Below are positions 52,201 through 61,007 of a stretch of DNA of 64,000 nucleotides, piece by piece (position 1 is the stretch's first letter; each line of letters starts with the position of its first letter). Made by a program: the position numbers and the translations under genes. Location: assembly GCA_014727975.1 (NCBI GenBank), contig WJMK01000017.1:3926-67925 (forward strand). Reading direction: 5' to 3'. The notes under the pieces are model-generated. The model was not told where the DNA came from and did no database searches. It was given only the letters and a program-made list of their open reading frames with translations. The stretch is from Candidatus Micrarchaeota archaeon. GTDB lineage: Archaea; Micrarchaeota; Micrarchaeia; Anstonellales; Bilamarchaeaceae.

Positions 52201-53435
52201 GGAACGCCCTGCTTGCATTCCTTTTTATTTTTCCTGTATTTGCATTTTCCTCCGGAAGCGCAGTTATTTCTATAGAGAAGACATGGAGCCTCCATGCAGA
52301 AGAAATGATTACGGATTTAGAGCTGAACGGGACCTTCCTTGTCAAGAACGACTACCAGGAAATTCTCCAGATGAATGTCACGGATGAAGGCGCAAGGTTT
52401 GAAGAGTCCAACGGAACGGTGAGGGTTGTGTTTAATGCAGATAAATTTTCAGGCGAAAAACAGATAACTGCATCCGCGCTTGTCCGCACCGAATATCCCC
52501 TGGAAATACGCACAAACCCCGAGTTCATCCCCAGCCCTGCAAATGCATCCGGACTAATTGAATATGATGAGCACATTTCTTCAACTTCTGAGGCAATCTC
52601 TTCAGGAAAAAAAACCGAGCTGGAGGCGGTTGTGGCTGTTGCCGACTGGGTGCATGACTATCTTTCTTATGACATGGAGTTCTGGGGCAGCCCTTCTTCT
52701 GCCAAAACGGTTTTTAATGAACCGCGAGGTGTTTGTGTTGGTTATGCCCATCTTTTCATCTCAATGCTCCGTTCTCTTGGCTTTGAAACAAGGTTTGTCT
52801 CTGGATATGCATTTGCAGAAGAATGGCAGCCACACGCCTGGGCAGAAGTAAAGATAGGAGAAAGCTGGGTTCCAGTGGACCCTACATTCAGGGAGGTTGG
52901 GGCGCTTGATGCCCGCCATCTTGCTTCCAGTTATTCATCTGACCAGAGCGGGGCGTATGACCTGCTTGTTGCAAGGGGGAACGGGTTCGATTTCAACAGC
53001 ACTGTTTCTGTGTCAACTTCTGAGAAGGAGAAGTTTGAGGAGTTAATTTTTGTACACACTGTCCTCTATGATGATGACCTCAAGGTTACGCTCTATAATC
53101 CAAGCAGCAGCTACATCACCCCGACATATGAGTTCGCAATGCCGGAATTCATCCTTACAAAAGACACACGCATCATAGTAATCCCTCCTTCCTCCTCAAA
53201 GGAGATAACCTATCGCCTGAATACAGGTGAGCTGGAGGCAGGGTATACCCACAATGTGCCCTACTACCTCTCTGTCCAGGGAACCTCTGTAGAAGGAGAG
53301 CATTCTATAATGAAGGGGAGTATTGCGGACGCGGAGCCTGAAGAGGAATATTCTGAGACCCAGCAGCATGAATCATGCCCGCTTATTGCACTTTCCCTTG
53401 CCATGGGCCTTGCAGGCCTGTTCTTAAGGAGTTAA
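52197..53435 (+). CDS. secreted transglutaminase-like (Cys-His-Asp) protein with C-terminal TM anchor
   Basis: Signal MRNALLAFLFIFPVFAFS. Core motifs: GVCVGYAHLFISMLRSLG (Cys), HAWAEV (His), VDPT (Asp). C-terminal TM LIALSLAMGLAGLFL. The ATG overlaps the purD stop. Confidence 0.8.
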   Translation: MRNALLAFLFIFPVFAFSSGSAVISIEKTWSLHAEEMITDLELNGTFLVKNDYQEILQMNVTDEGARFEESNGTVRVVFNADKFSGEKQITASALVRTEYPLEIRTNPEFIPSPANASGLIEYDEHISSTSEAISSGKKTELEAVVAVADWVHDYLSYDMEFWGSPSSAKTVFNEPRGVCVGYAHLFISMLRSLGFETRFVSGYAFAEEWQPHAWAEVKIGESWVPVDPTFREVGALDARHLASSYSSDQSGAYDLLVARGNGFDFNSTVSVSTSEKEKFEELIFVHTVLYDDDLKVTLYNPSSSYITPTYEFAMPEFILTKDTRIIVIPPSSSKEITYRLNTGELEAGYTHNVPYYLSVQGTSVEGEHSIMKGSIADAEPEEEYSETQQHESCPLIALSLAMGLAGLFLRS

Positions 53436-53446
53436 TGGTTTGGCCC

Positions 53447-54196
53447 CTATACATTTTCTATTCTCGGAGCCAAGAAGTATTTTGCGTTTGCACCCACGAT
53501 GCTGTATTCAATCTTAAGCGGCCTGTCACTCTCAATACACATCATGATGTCTGTATCCCCCTTGCTCCCCTTGATAATGTCCTCCATGTAGCTTAGCGGG
53601 TAGGTGGCCTTTGCCCCGCTTTCAATTTCAAGTTCCTTAAGCGCTTCCCCTTCCTTTTCAAATTCTTCCTTTATCTCGCCATCATCTCCCTTTATCTCTA
53701 CCTTTAGCACATTTCCATCAAGCACAAAGCTGATATGTGTGCTTACGAGTTTCGCGTCTTTCAGGACTTCCCTCAGCACATCAGAGCGCATTACTGCTTT
53801 GTTCTTGTATTCTATCTTTGGCTCTCTTTCCAGCCCCTCACCAAGATCCAGCAGTGGGAGCTTGAACACCCTCTTCCTTTTCTTTCCCTTAAACGTGATA
53901 TTCAATCTCCCCTCGTCCACTTCCAGCTCCACGCTCTCCCCTGAGTTCCCCCGTGCCAGTACGCGGGCCAGCTTCCCGATGTCCAGCCCAATCCTTTTCT
54001 GGTCCCCAACCACATATTCACTGAACATGCTTTTTGGCATGCTGAATGAAACCATTGAAATCTGCGAGGGGTCCATGGCCTTTAGGCTCAGCCCATCTTC
54101 ATTCACTTCAAATACGCCTTCCTCAACAAGGTTTACAACTGCTTCAATAGCATCTTTTAGTGCTGGAGCTTCCTCCATGGTAATTTTCATCTGCAC
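53447..54196 (-). CDS. pcn: DNA polymerase sliding clamp PCNA
   Basis: 249 aa with the typical PCNA pattern (...LKDAIEAVVNLVEEGVFEVNEDGLSLKAMDPSQISMV...YPLSYMEDIIK...FLAPRIE). GTG at 54196, or ATG at 54190. Confidence 0.95.
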   Translation of the reverse strand: MQMKITMEEAPALKDAIEAVVNLVEEGVFEVNEDGLSLKAMDPSQISMVSFSMPKSMFSEYVVGDQKRIGLDIGKLARVLARGNSGESVELEVDEGRLNITFKGKKRKRVFKLPLLDLGEGLEREPKIEYKNKAVMRSDVLREVLKDAKLVSTHISFVLDGNVLKVEIKGDDGEIKEEFEKEGEALKELEIESGAKATYPLSYMEDIIKGSKGDTDIMMCIESDRPLKIEYSIVGANAKYFLAPRIENV

Positions 54197-54293
54197 ACCT
54201 CAACCGTCTATTCTCACCAATAATTTATAAACTAAACCACCATATCCAGGCCCTTTTTAACGCCTGTGGTCTATTGCACACTTTTACAATAGG

Positions 54294-54301
54294 TTTATAA
54301 A
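54294..54301 (+). promoter_or_regulatory. TATA-like box for the HEAT-repeat giant gene
   Basis: TTTATAAA is centred about 29 nt upstream of ATG 54327 (leaderless-type spacing). A mirror TTTATAAATT at 54222-54231 serves pcn on the other strand. Confidence 0.5.
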
Positions 54302-54326
54302 CATAATCTGACACAGATAATAGACT

Positions 54327-57300
54327 ATGTCTACTCATAGTAAAGATAAGGCCTCAGAAGAGGGCCCAGATTTTGAAAAAGCGCTGGGAGAGTTCCGCAC
54401 CGCATGGAAAAACGGGAAGGCAGCAGGGGAAAAGGCAGAAAATGCTGCAAAAATCAAACTGCTCACCAAGGGGCGCACAGTAGAGGCAGCACAGGCCATA
54501 ATGGCACTCAAAACTGTAAAAACAGGCGCAGGCAGCGACCTTGCAGGAAACCAGAAATACAGGATACTCCGTGCAGCAGCCCCATTGCTTGCAGAGTCCG
54601 CCAACAAACTAATTGAATCTGCAGAGCATATGGCACTTTTGCCGGTCCCAAAACGGTACTGGAAGCCAAAAAGAAAGCAGTTGCAAGAACAGAGAGACCT
54701 TCTTATCCAGTTTGATGGCTATTACAAGGAACCTGATTTTTCAAGCCCAATCTCAAACGCCTGCTCCCTTTCTGAGCTTGTGCTTTCCTGCAAACATTCT
54801 CCATCCTATCCCCGCCTTACAGGATTGAGGGCAAGGGCCCGCATCTCCAAGCTCCTTAATGCAGCAGAGGGAAATAAGCATAAGGAGGAATGGGCAACCA
54901 ATTATCTTGTTTCTTCAGTAAACTCAACCATTGGCACCGAAGAAAAGGCAGAAGCAATCGCAAATATACTCGAAGCATCCGGCCAGCTCAAGCAATCCGT
55001 CCAGTTCATGAGGGAATTCACTTCCCGCATTTCTGATATGCTTATTGCCCCAGAGCAAGTGCGAACTCCTCTGGCTTCCAGGGTTTCAATCGTGCTCACT
55101 AACAGGGCAAGGGGCAAAAAGCAAACCATGATTTCAGCAATAAATGCAGAGTTCAGGGAAAGCCTGCGCTCTCTCATCGGAGAACAAGAGGATGAAGATT
55201 CCCTGGATTCTCTTCTCAGAAGCCCAGAGGCATGGGCAAGGCGCATGGAAGAAGGCGAGGAGCTAACCCTCCCCAAATCAAGCAGTGCGTTCCTGAAAAC
55301 ACAGCCTGCCCCCAGGCTTATCAATGCAGCAATTGTAGTTGCAAATGCAGATGTCCACCCTGAAATGAGGCTGCCCAGGGGCAAGATTGCCACAAAGCTC
55401 CTGCTTGCAGCCGGTGCGAATCTCCCTTCCCAGGAGGAAGGCGGCAAGCGGCAGATCATGGTTGAGCAGAATCAGGAGAAATTGCTTTCACGGATAAAGG
55501 AAGCAATGGAACAGCCTGCAATCCGCCAGCAAATGGAAGAATTCTTCCTTCAAAGTGAAGATTTTGAACAAAAAGAAAGGCTCCGTTCCCTGTTTGTTAT
55601 GGAACAACAGGAAAGCGAAGATGCGGCAGCAGAACGGCAAGTGCCTTATGCGGATGAGCAAGAGGGCCAGGGGGAAGAACAAACGGCACAGGAGGAACTT
55701 CCCGAGCCAGAAGAGTTCAATATCCCTGGAATGGGCACATTCCCAAGGGAAGAGATTGATGCTCTTGAATTGAGGCAGGCAGCAAGCGAAGCGCCCGGAA
55801 CAACAGATAAAGGCGAGCAACAGGCAGAAGAGGAAGAAGAGCCATTCCTTGATGCTCCCCCACAGGAGATTACGGTGGATGAAAGGGCCCTCATTTTCAG
55901 GAAGCTGGAAGACGCCCTTCCTCTAATCGAAGAAATTGCTTCTGATGGGGTGCCCCTTCCTGACCGCACATATGTGGCAGAGGAGCTTGCAAATCTCCTG
56001 GAAACTCCAGGAGAATCCCCGTGGAAACTTATCCACGAGCTCCACAGCCTTGCGTCTTCAGATAATGAGGAAGCTTCAGGAAAGGCAGTTGCAGCAATGC
56101 TTTCCCTCCCTTATGTTTCAGAATATAACTGGTCCTCAAGGAGGAATTCAAGTGTCCTTGTTTCAGCACTTGCAGCTTCCCTTGATTCAAACCCCGGCTC
56201 CGGGGAAATTGACCAGAAAATTATATCCGGCTTTGAGCAAGAAGCTGATTTTGCAATTGATGCAATTGCCCAATACCTCCGCACTTACACAAGCCTGGAT
56301 ATTCCTGCTGACTTTCCAGTGGAGGATGCAGCACTCCTCTACCTCTCAAGGAACAGGGACCCCTCCAGCTTTGCCAGGGTTGCGCTTTCCCTGCCAGGGC
56401 TCGGGGCATCCAAAACCAAAGTGATGCACTGCCTTGAGGACGCATGGAAGCAGGACGAGAACTCAGTTTACAAAGTGCTCCTTACTGCGCTCAATGACCA
56501 CAGGGCCCAGAAGCCGGGAAGTGCATTCCCCTCCCATTCCGAAAACGAATATTCAGATTCAGAAGCTGAAACAGCAGAAGATTTCTTTTTCTGGCTTGGC
56601 AGGGGAGAGGAAGCCCTGAGGGAAATCTCAATTGCTGCAGGGGTTTCTGAAATCTATAGCCCAGAATCTGCCCAGTTCATTGTGCAGCGCTTCAGCGATG
56701 CAGATAATGAAGATGAGTTTGCAATGTGGGAAGCGGTGCTCCAGGAATTCGAGGGTCCGGAAGCAGACACCATGATTGTGCAGGCATTTGATTCGCTTTC
56801 ACCGGAAAAGAAGGAAAAGGCAATTTCCATTTTATCTGCAAGGGCCCCTTCCCTTGACAACGCTGAGTTCCTTCTTTCCCTATGCATCTCCCCTGACAAA
56901 GAAATTGCAGGGCTTTCCGCAGATGCCCTTTCAAAACTTGATTTCTCAAGAATCGATGAGCAGAGGGAGTTCATGCTACTTTACCGGATGCGCAACCACC
57001 CTTCCCCATCTGTAGTTGAGGTAGCAGGAAAAAAGCTCCCTGCCTTCCTTGCAGAAAACCAGGGCATTCTCTCAAAAGAAACTGCCGAACTTCTTTCCTC
57101 CCTGGACCTTAATGACCCTGACCCAGAGATACGGGGGCTTGCAAAGGAGGCACTCCTGCAAAACCCCGCAGGCCAACTGGAAGGGCAGTTAACTGCAAGC
57201 GGCTTGATTGCTTCCCTTTCAAAACCTGAACCCACAGCAACTCTTGCAACTTATGCCCTTGCAAAGGAAATGCAGCTTGACCCGGACCACCTCACTGAAG

Positions 57301-59240
57301 AAGTTTCAACCGCAGCCCAAGATTATTCGGAAGACCCCCTTTCAATGATGCGCCTGATGGTTGCGGCAACTGCTTCCGATTCAGAGAAGTATGCCGAACT
57401 TGTGCTCGTTCCCCAGCTTGGGGCAGATGACATTTTTTCAAAAGCAGCATCTTCTTTCATCCTCAGGCTGGGAGAGAAAGGCCTGGGAATAGCCGCCCGT
57501 GCAGCAGGCAGGGCAAACCTCCCGGAAGGCATCTCTGCCGAACTTGAAAAAAGAATTTCGGACAAAGCAATCGCAATGCTTTGCAAGAAAAAAGAATTCA
57601 GCAGGCTAGTGCCTTTCCTGAATTCCGCTGACCCAAAAATACGGTCAAGTGTCTACCGTTCACTTGAGGGGGCCCTGGAAAGCCAGGAAAAGGACGAAGC
57701 GCTTCTGGATGCGTTGTCCTCAAGCCAAAGGAACATCAGGCTTGCTGCCCTCAACCTCCTTTCTCATAAAAGCGAACACAGAGAATATGTCACAGAGCTC
57801 GTGGATGATATTGATGAAGAGGTTTCACTGGTTTCTGCAAAATTCGTTGCTCCCCTCTTCTCTACAGAGGAACTTATTGGTTTCCTCAATACTCATGAGT
57901 CTGTTTTTGCAAAGCAAAGAATTGCAGACGCATACCTGAAGCGTTTCCCGGATGCAGTGGGAGAGATGGCTTTCCTTATGGAAGAGGCAGGAAACAAGCT
58001 GGAGACAGTATCTGCACTCAGGTTCTTCAGGGAGCCCAGGACGCTGACCTGCCTGTATGAGACTCAGAAAAACGCGGATGAAAAAGAAAACATGGCAATC
58101 AGAGAGTCTGTGCTTTATCTTTGCCGTTCCCTTGCAATATCTGAAGACCCCACACAGGAACAAATGTTGATGCTCCTGATTGCACAGGAAGCGTTTGGGT
58201 ACGAAAACCTGCGCAGTAATCTGAAAAAGGAGATAAGCCATGCAAACGCATCTTTGATGGCCGATGCGGTGATAGAGAGCAAAGAGCCAAGCCTCCTGCT
58301 TTCAGCAACAGATTTTTTCCTCTCAGCATCCATGGAAGGCCTTGCGGTTGAAACAGCCAAAAGACTTAGGGAAACAGGAGCAGTTTCACACGAGGAACTC
58401 ACAGAGACTTACCAGCAGGTTCTCTTTGGTGGCCAGGCAGACAAGATGCACATGGTCGCCTCCCCCGTACTAGATCCTTCTGCAGACCCTGGCCCATACA
58501 GGCTGGTAAAGGAGATTGCAATAGACCAGATGGTAAACGGCAACGGATCCCCAGAATCCTCCGGACTCTTTTTCCTATTTGCAGATACATTCGGGGACAT
58601 AGAGGGCTTCTTTGATGCCGGCTTTAAATCAGTCTTGGAATTGGTCTGGGCATCCAGGGAAGACGAGGAGAGCAGGGACTATCTTGCAAGCAAGATACCC
58701 AGCCTTGTTGCAGAAGAAATTTCAGAAGACACAAAACACTTGGTTTCCCTCCTCTTGCTGGACGAGCATGGGGAATTGCCCAAGATGCAGGAAAGCCCAA
58801 ACAGCGGAGAGCTCAAAAATATAGTTGTTGAGCATGCGCTCAGGACCCTGGTAGAGGCATCGGTGCTTTTCCCCGACAGGCTGCCTGTTGAAAAGGCAGA
58901 ATCACGCCTCAAGCTGCTTGCGAAGCTTTATTCGTCCGGAATGGTCTCGGAGGGCCAGATTGATTCCATTGGGGAAGAGGGCAACCCAATCGCCCTTGCA
59001 ATAGCCGGAAGGCCCCTGGCACCAGAAGAAGCAGAAAAGGGAAAGGATGCACTGGGCCTTGCGTTGATCGCACTTAAGAAAGAATCCCGCAGGGCAGTGG
59101 ATGAATTCAGGCAAATGTACAACAGCGAAGGCACATTGCCGAAGCCCAGGTTCCGTGCAGACCCACCCCAAAGGCCCGAAGGCTCAATTGAGCCCAAGAG
59201 GCCTGAGAGGCGCCCCAGCTCTCCCCCGACAAGAAAATAG
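54327..59240 (+). CDS. giant (1637 aa) acidic cytoplasmic protein with HEAT/ARM-like repeats
   Basis: No signal peptide or TM seen. Recurrent HEAT-like units (NDPDPEIRGLAKEALLQ, NSADPKIRSSVYRSLEGAL, SSQRNIRLAALNLLSH, SPDKEIAGLSADALSKL). Pro/Arg-rich C-terminal tail. Confidence 0.65.
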   Translation: MSTHSKDKASEEGPDFEKALGEFRTAWKNGKAAGEKAENAAKIKLLTKGRTVEAAQAIMALKTVKTGAGSDLAGNQKYRILRAAAPLLAESANKLIESAEHMALLPVPKRYWKPKRKQLQEQRDLLIQFDGYYKEPDFSSPISNACSLSELVLSCKHSPSYPRLTGLRARARISKLLNAAEGNKHKEEWATNYLVSSVNSTIGTEEKAEAIANILEASGQLKQSVQFMREFTSRISDMLIAPEQVRTPLASRVSIVLTNRARGKKQTMISAINAEFRESLRSLIGEQEDEDSLDSLLRSPEAWARRMEEGEELTLPKSSSAFLKTQPAPRLINAAIVVANADVHPEMRLPRGKIATKLLLAAGANLPSQEEGGKRQIMVEQNQEKLLSRIKEAMEQPAIRQQMEEFFLQSEDFEQKERLRSLFVMEQQESEDAAAERQVPYADEQEGQGEEQTAQEELPEPEEFNIPGMGTFPREEIDALELRQAASEAPGTTDKGEQQAEEEEEPFLDAPPQEITVDERALIFRKLEDALPLIEEIASDGVPLPDRTYVAEELANLLETPGESPWKLIHELHSLASSDNEEASGKAVAAMLSLPYVSEYNWSSRRNSSVLVSALAASLDSNPGSGEIDQKIISGFEQEADFAIDAIAQYLRTYTSLDIPADFPVEDAALLYLSRNRDPSSFARVALSLPGLGASKTKVMHCLEDAWKQDENSVYKVLLTALNDHRAQKPGSAFPSHSENEYSDSEAETAEDFFFWLGRGEEALREISIAAGVSEIYSPESAQFIVQRFSDADNEDEFAMWEAVLQEFEGPEADTMIVQAFDSLSPEKKEKAISILSARAPSLDNAEFLLSLCISPDKEIAGLSADALSKLDFSRIDEQREFMLLYRMRNHPSPSVVEVAGKKLPAFLAENQGILSKETAELLSSLDLNDPDPEIRGLAKEALLQNPAGQLEGQLTASGLIASLSKPEPTATLATYALAKEMQLDPDHLTEEVSTAAQDYSEDPLSMMRLMVAATASDSEKYAELVLVPQLGADDIFSKAASSFILRLGEKGLGIAARAAGRANLPEGISAELEKRISDKAIAMLCKKKEFSRLVPFLNSADPKIRSSVYRSLEGALESQEKDEALLDALSSSQRNIRLAALNLLSHKSEHREYVTELVDDIDEEVSLVSAKFVAPLFSTEELIGFLNTHESVFAKQRIADAYLKRFPDAVGEMAFLMEEAGNKLETVSALRFFREPRTLTCLYETQKNADEKENMAIRESVLYLCRSLAISEDPTQEQMLMLLIAQEAFGYENLRSNLKKEISHANASLMADAVIESKEPSLLLSATDFFLSASMEGLAVETAKRLRETGAVSHEELTETYQQVLFGGQADKMHMVASPVLDPSADPGPYRLVKEIAIDQMVNGNGSPESSGLFFLFADTFGDIEGFFDAGFKSVLELVWASREDEESRDYLASKIPSLVAEEISEDTKHLVSLLLLDEHGELPKMQESPNSGELKNIVVEHALRTLVEASVLFPDRLPVEKAESRLKLLAKLYSSGMVSEGQIDSIGEEGNPIALAIAGRPLAPEEAEKGKDALGLALIALKKESRRAVDEFRQMYNSEGTLPKPRFRADPPQRPEGSIEPKRPERRPSSPPTRK

Positions 59241-59358
59241 CATCCAGCAGAAATACTTGCTCCATCAGACGCTGTTGGCATCATCATCGATTTCTCTCAG
59301 CGGTTGTACATATCATCATCTGGAGGATTAATTCACTCATTTTGGGTATAAAAAGATG

Positions 59359-59430
59359 TGCCTCAGGGCGGATTTGAACCACCGACACCTCGGTCTTCAG
59401 CCGAGTGCTCTCCCCCTGAGCTACTGAGGC
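59359..59430 (-). tRNA. tRNA-Phe (anticodon GAA)
   Basis: The reverse complement folds as GCCTCAG-TA-GCTC-AGGGGGA-GAGC-A-CTCGG-CTGAAGA-CCGAG-GTGTC-GGTGG-TTCAAAT-CCGCC-CTGAGGC-A. No intron and no encoded CCA. Confidence 0.9.
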
Positions 59431-59461
59431 GTAACCTATTCTTCTGCACAGAAATCTTTAT

Positions 59462-60031
59462 TTACCTATCAATTCTCAGGAAATGCTCATGGAATGCGGT
59501 CGAACCTGATAATTCCGGGTGAAAGGTGGTCGCAACATGTTTCCCTTGCTGTACCGCAACCGGCTTTCCCCTATGTTCTGCAAGCACTTCAACTTTTTCC
59601 CCTACCCTCTCAATTACGGGTGCGCGTATAAATACTCCGTCCAGTTTCCCCAGGGAACTCTCAATCGGAGACTGAAACGAATCCAGCTGCCTCCCATATC
59701 CATTCCTTGAAATTGCCATGTCAATGAGCCCGAGAGATTTTTGCCCATTCGCCTGCCCAATAATTTCCCTGGAAATCAGAATCGCACCTGCACAGGTCCC
59801 GAATATTTTCGGGATTTTCCCCAGCCCCTCAACCATCCCCTCTTTCTCTAGAAGCAGTGAATGGGTGGTGCTTTCCCCACCTGGAATAATCAGTCCGTCC
59901 AAACCACCCAGTTCTTCCTTCTCCCGCACAAGGGAAATGTTTTCCGCGATGCCCAGTTTTTCCATTGCGCCCTTAAGGCACGAAATATGCTCAGAGACTG
60001 CCCCTTGCAAAGCAAGAACCCCAATATTCAT
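59462..60031 (-). CDS. pdxT: PLP synthase glutaminase subunit PdxT
   Basis: IGVLALQGAVSEH, IIPGGESTT, GTCAGAILI and FHPEL motifs. Confidence 0.95.
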   Translation of the reverse strand: MNIGVLALQGAVSEHISCLKGAMEKLGIAENISLVREKEELGGLDGLIIPGGESTTHSLLLEKEGMVEGLGKIPKIFGTCAGAILISREIIGQANGQKSLGLIDMAISRNGYGRQLDSFQSPIESSLGKLDGVFIRAPVIERVGEKVEVLAEHRGKPVAVQQGKHVATTFHPELSGSTAFHEHFLRIDR

Positions 60032-60909
60032 TACACTCCCCGCTCAGAAAGCCTCTGCTCCTCAGGTATCTCAGAAATCTCCAGCCCCCGCATTGCTTCC
60101 CCAAGCCCTTCTGAAACTCCTGCAATTTTTTCCGCATCATTGAAATGCGCAACTGCTTCCACAATTGCACGCGCCATCTTCTCGGGGCCTGAGGATTTGA
60201 ATATCCCGGAGCCCACAAACACTCCATCGCACCCAAGCTGCATGCAAAGGGATGCATCCGCAGGGGTTGCAATGCCCCCCGCAGCAAAATTAACAACCGG
60301 GACCCTTTTCTGCCCAATGGTTTTCAGCACAAGGCCTTCAGGGACCCGCATCCTTTTTGCAGCATCCGCAGGCCTTTCCTCCTCCAGGACTTCCAGTTCC
60401 CTGGAAATTGCCCGCATATGCCTTACTGCCTCCACAATGTTCCCTGTGCCTGCTTCCCCCTTGGTCCGTATCATGGAAGCCCCCTCATCTATCCTCCTCA
60501 GGGCCTCCCCGAGGTTCCGCGCCCCGCACACAAAAGGAACATCAAACTCGCGTTTTTCAACATGGAATTCCGAATCAGCAGGGGTAAGCACTTCGCTCTC
60601 GTCTATATAATCCACCCCGATTGCCTGCAGCACCTGCGCTTCAGCAAAGTGCCCAATCCTCACTTTTGCCATCACAGGTATGCTTACTGCCTCCATTATC
60701 CCCTTGATCATCTTCGGGTCAGACATCCTTGCAACTCCCCCATGCGCACGTATGTCTGCAGGTACCCTTTCAAGCGCCATTACTGCGACTGCACCTGCCT
60801 TCTCAGCAACAACTGCCTGCTCAGGAGTAACAACGTCCATAATTACTCCTCCTTTTAGCATCTGCGCAAGCCCTTTCTTCAGTTTAGGGGTAGATGATTC
60901 TTCTTCCAT
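60031..60909 (-). CDS. pdxS: PLP synthase subunit PdxS
   Basis: [13 protein letters not shown]..., [35 protein letters not shown] and [12 protein letters not shown] motifs. Confidence 0.95.
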   Translation of the reverse strand: MEEESSTPKLKKGLAQMLKGGVIMDVVTPEQAVVAEKAGAVAVMALERVPADIRAHGGVARMSDPKMIKGIMEAVSIPVMAKVRIGHFAEAQVLQAIGVDYIDESEVLTPADSEFHVEKREFDVPFVCGARNLGEALRRIDEGASMIRTKGEAGTGNIVEAVRHMRAISRELEVLEEERPADAAKRMRVPEGLVLKTIGQKRVPVVNFAAGGIATPADASLCMQLGCDGVFVGSGIFKSSGPEKMARAIVEAVAHFNDAEKIAGVSEGLGEAMRGLEISEIPEEQRLSERGV

Positions 60910-61007
60910 AACAGTTTATTTCCCCCCAATCAGTTAAAAATCTGAGCAGCGCCATGAATAGTAATCTTTATTTAGCTATTCTTGGTAATAGGTCCCGGTG
61001 GAAAGAT

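Noticed and set aside
53604-54230. 208-aa plus-strand ORF opposite PCNA
   Set aside because: Its Ser/Phe-rich composition has no motifs, whereas PCNA on the minus strand is clear.
59861-60610. 249-aa plus-strand ORF across pdxT/pdxS
   Set aside because: It is antisense to two well-supported PLP synthase genes and has no motifs.
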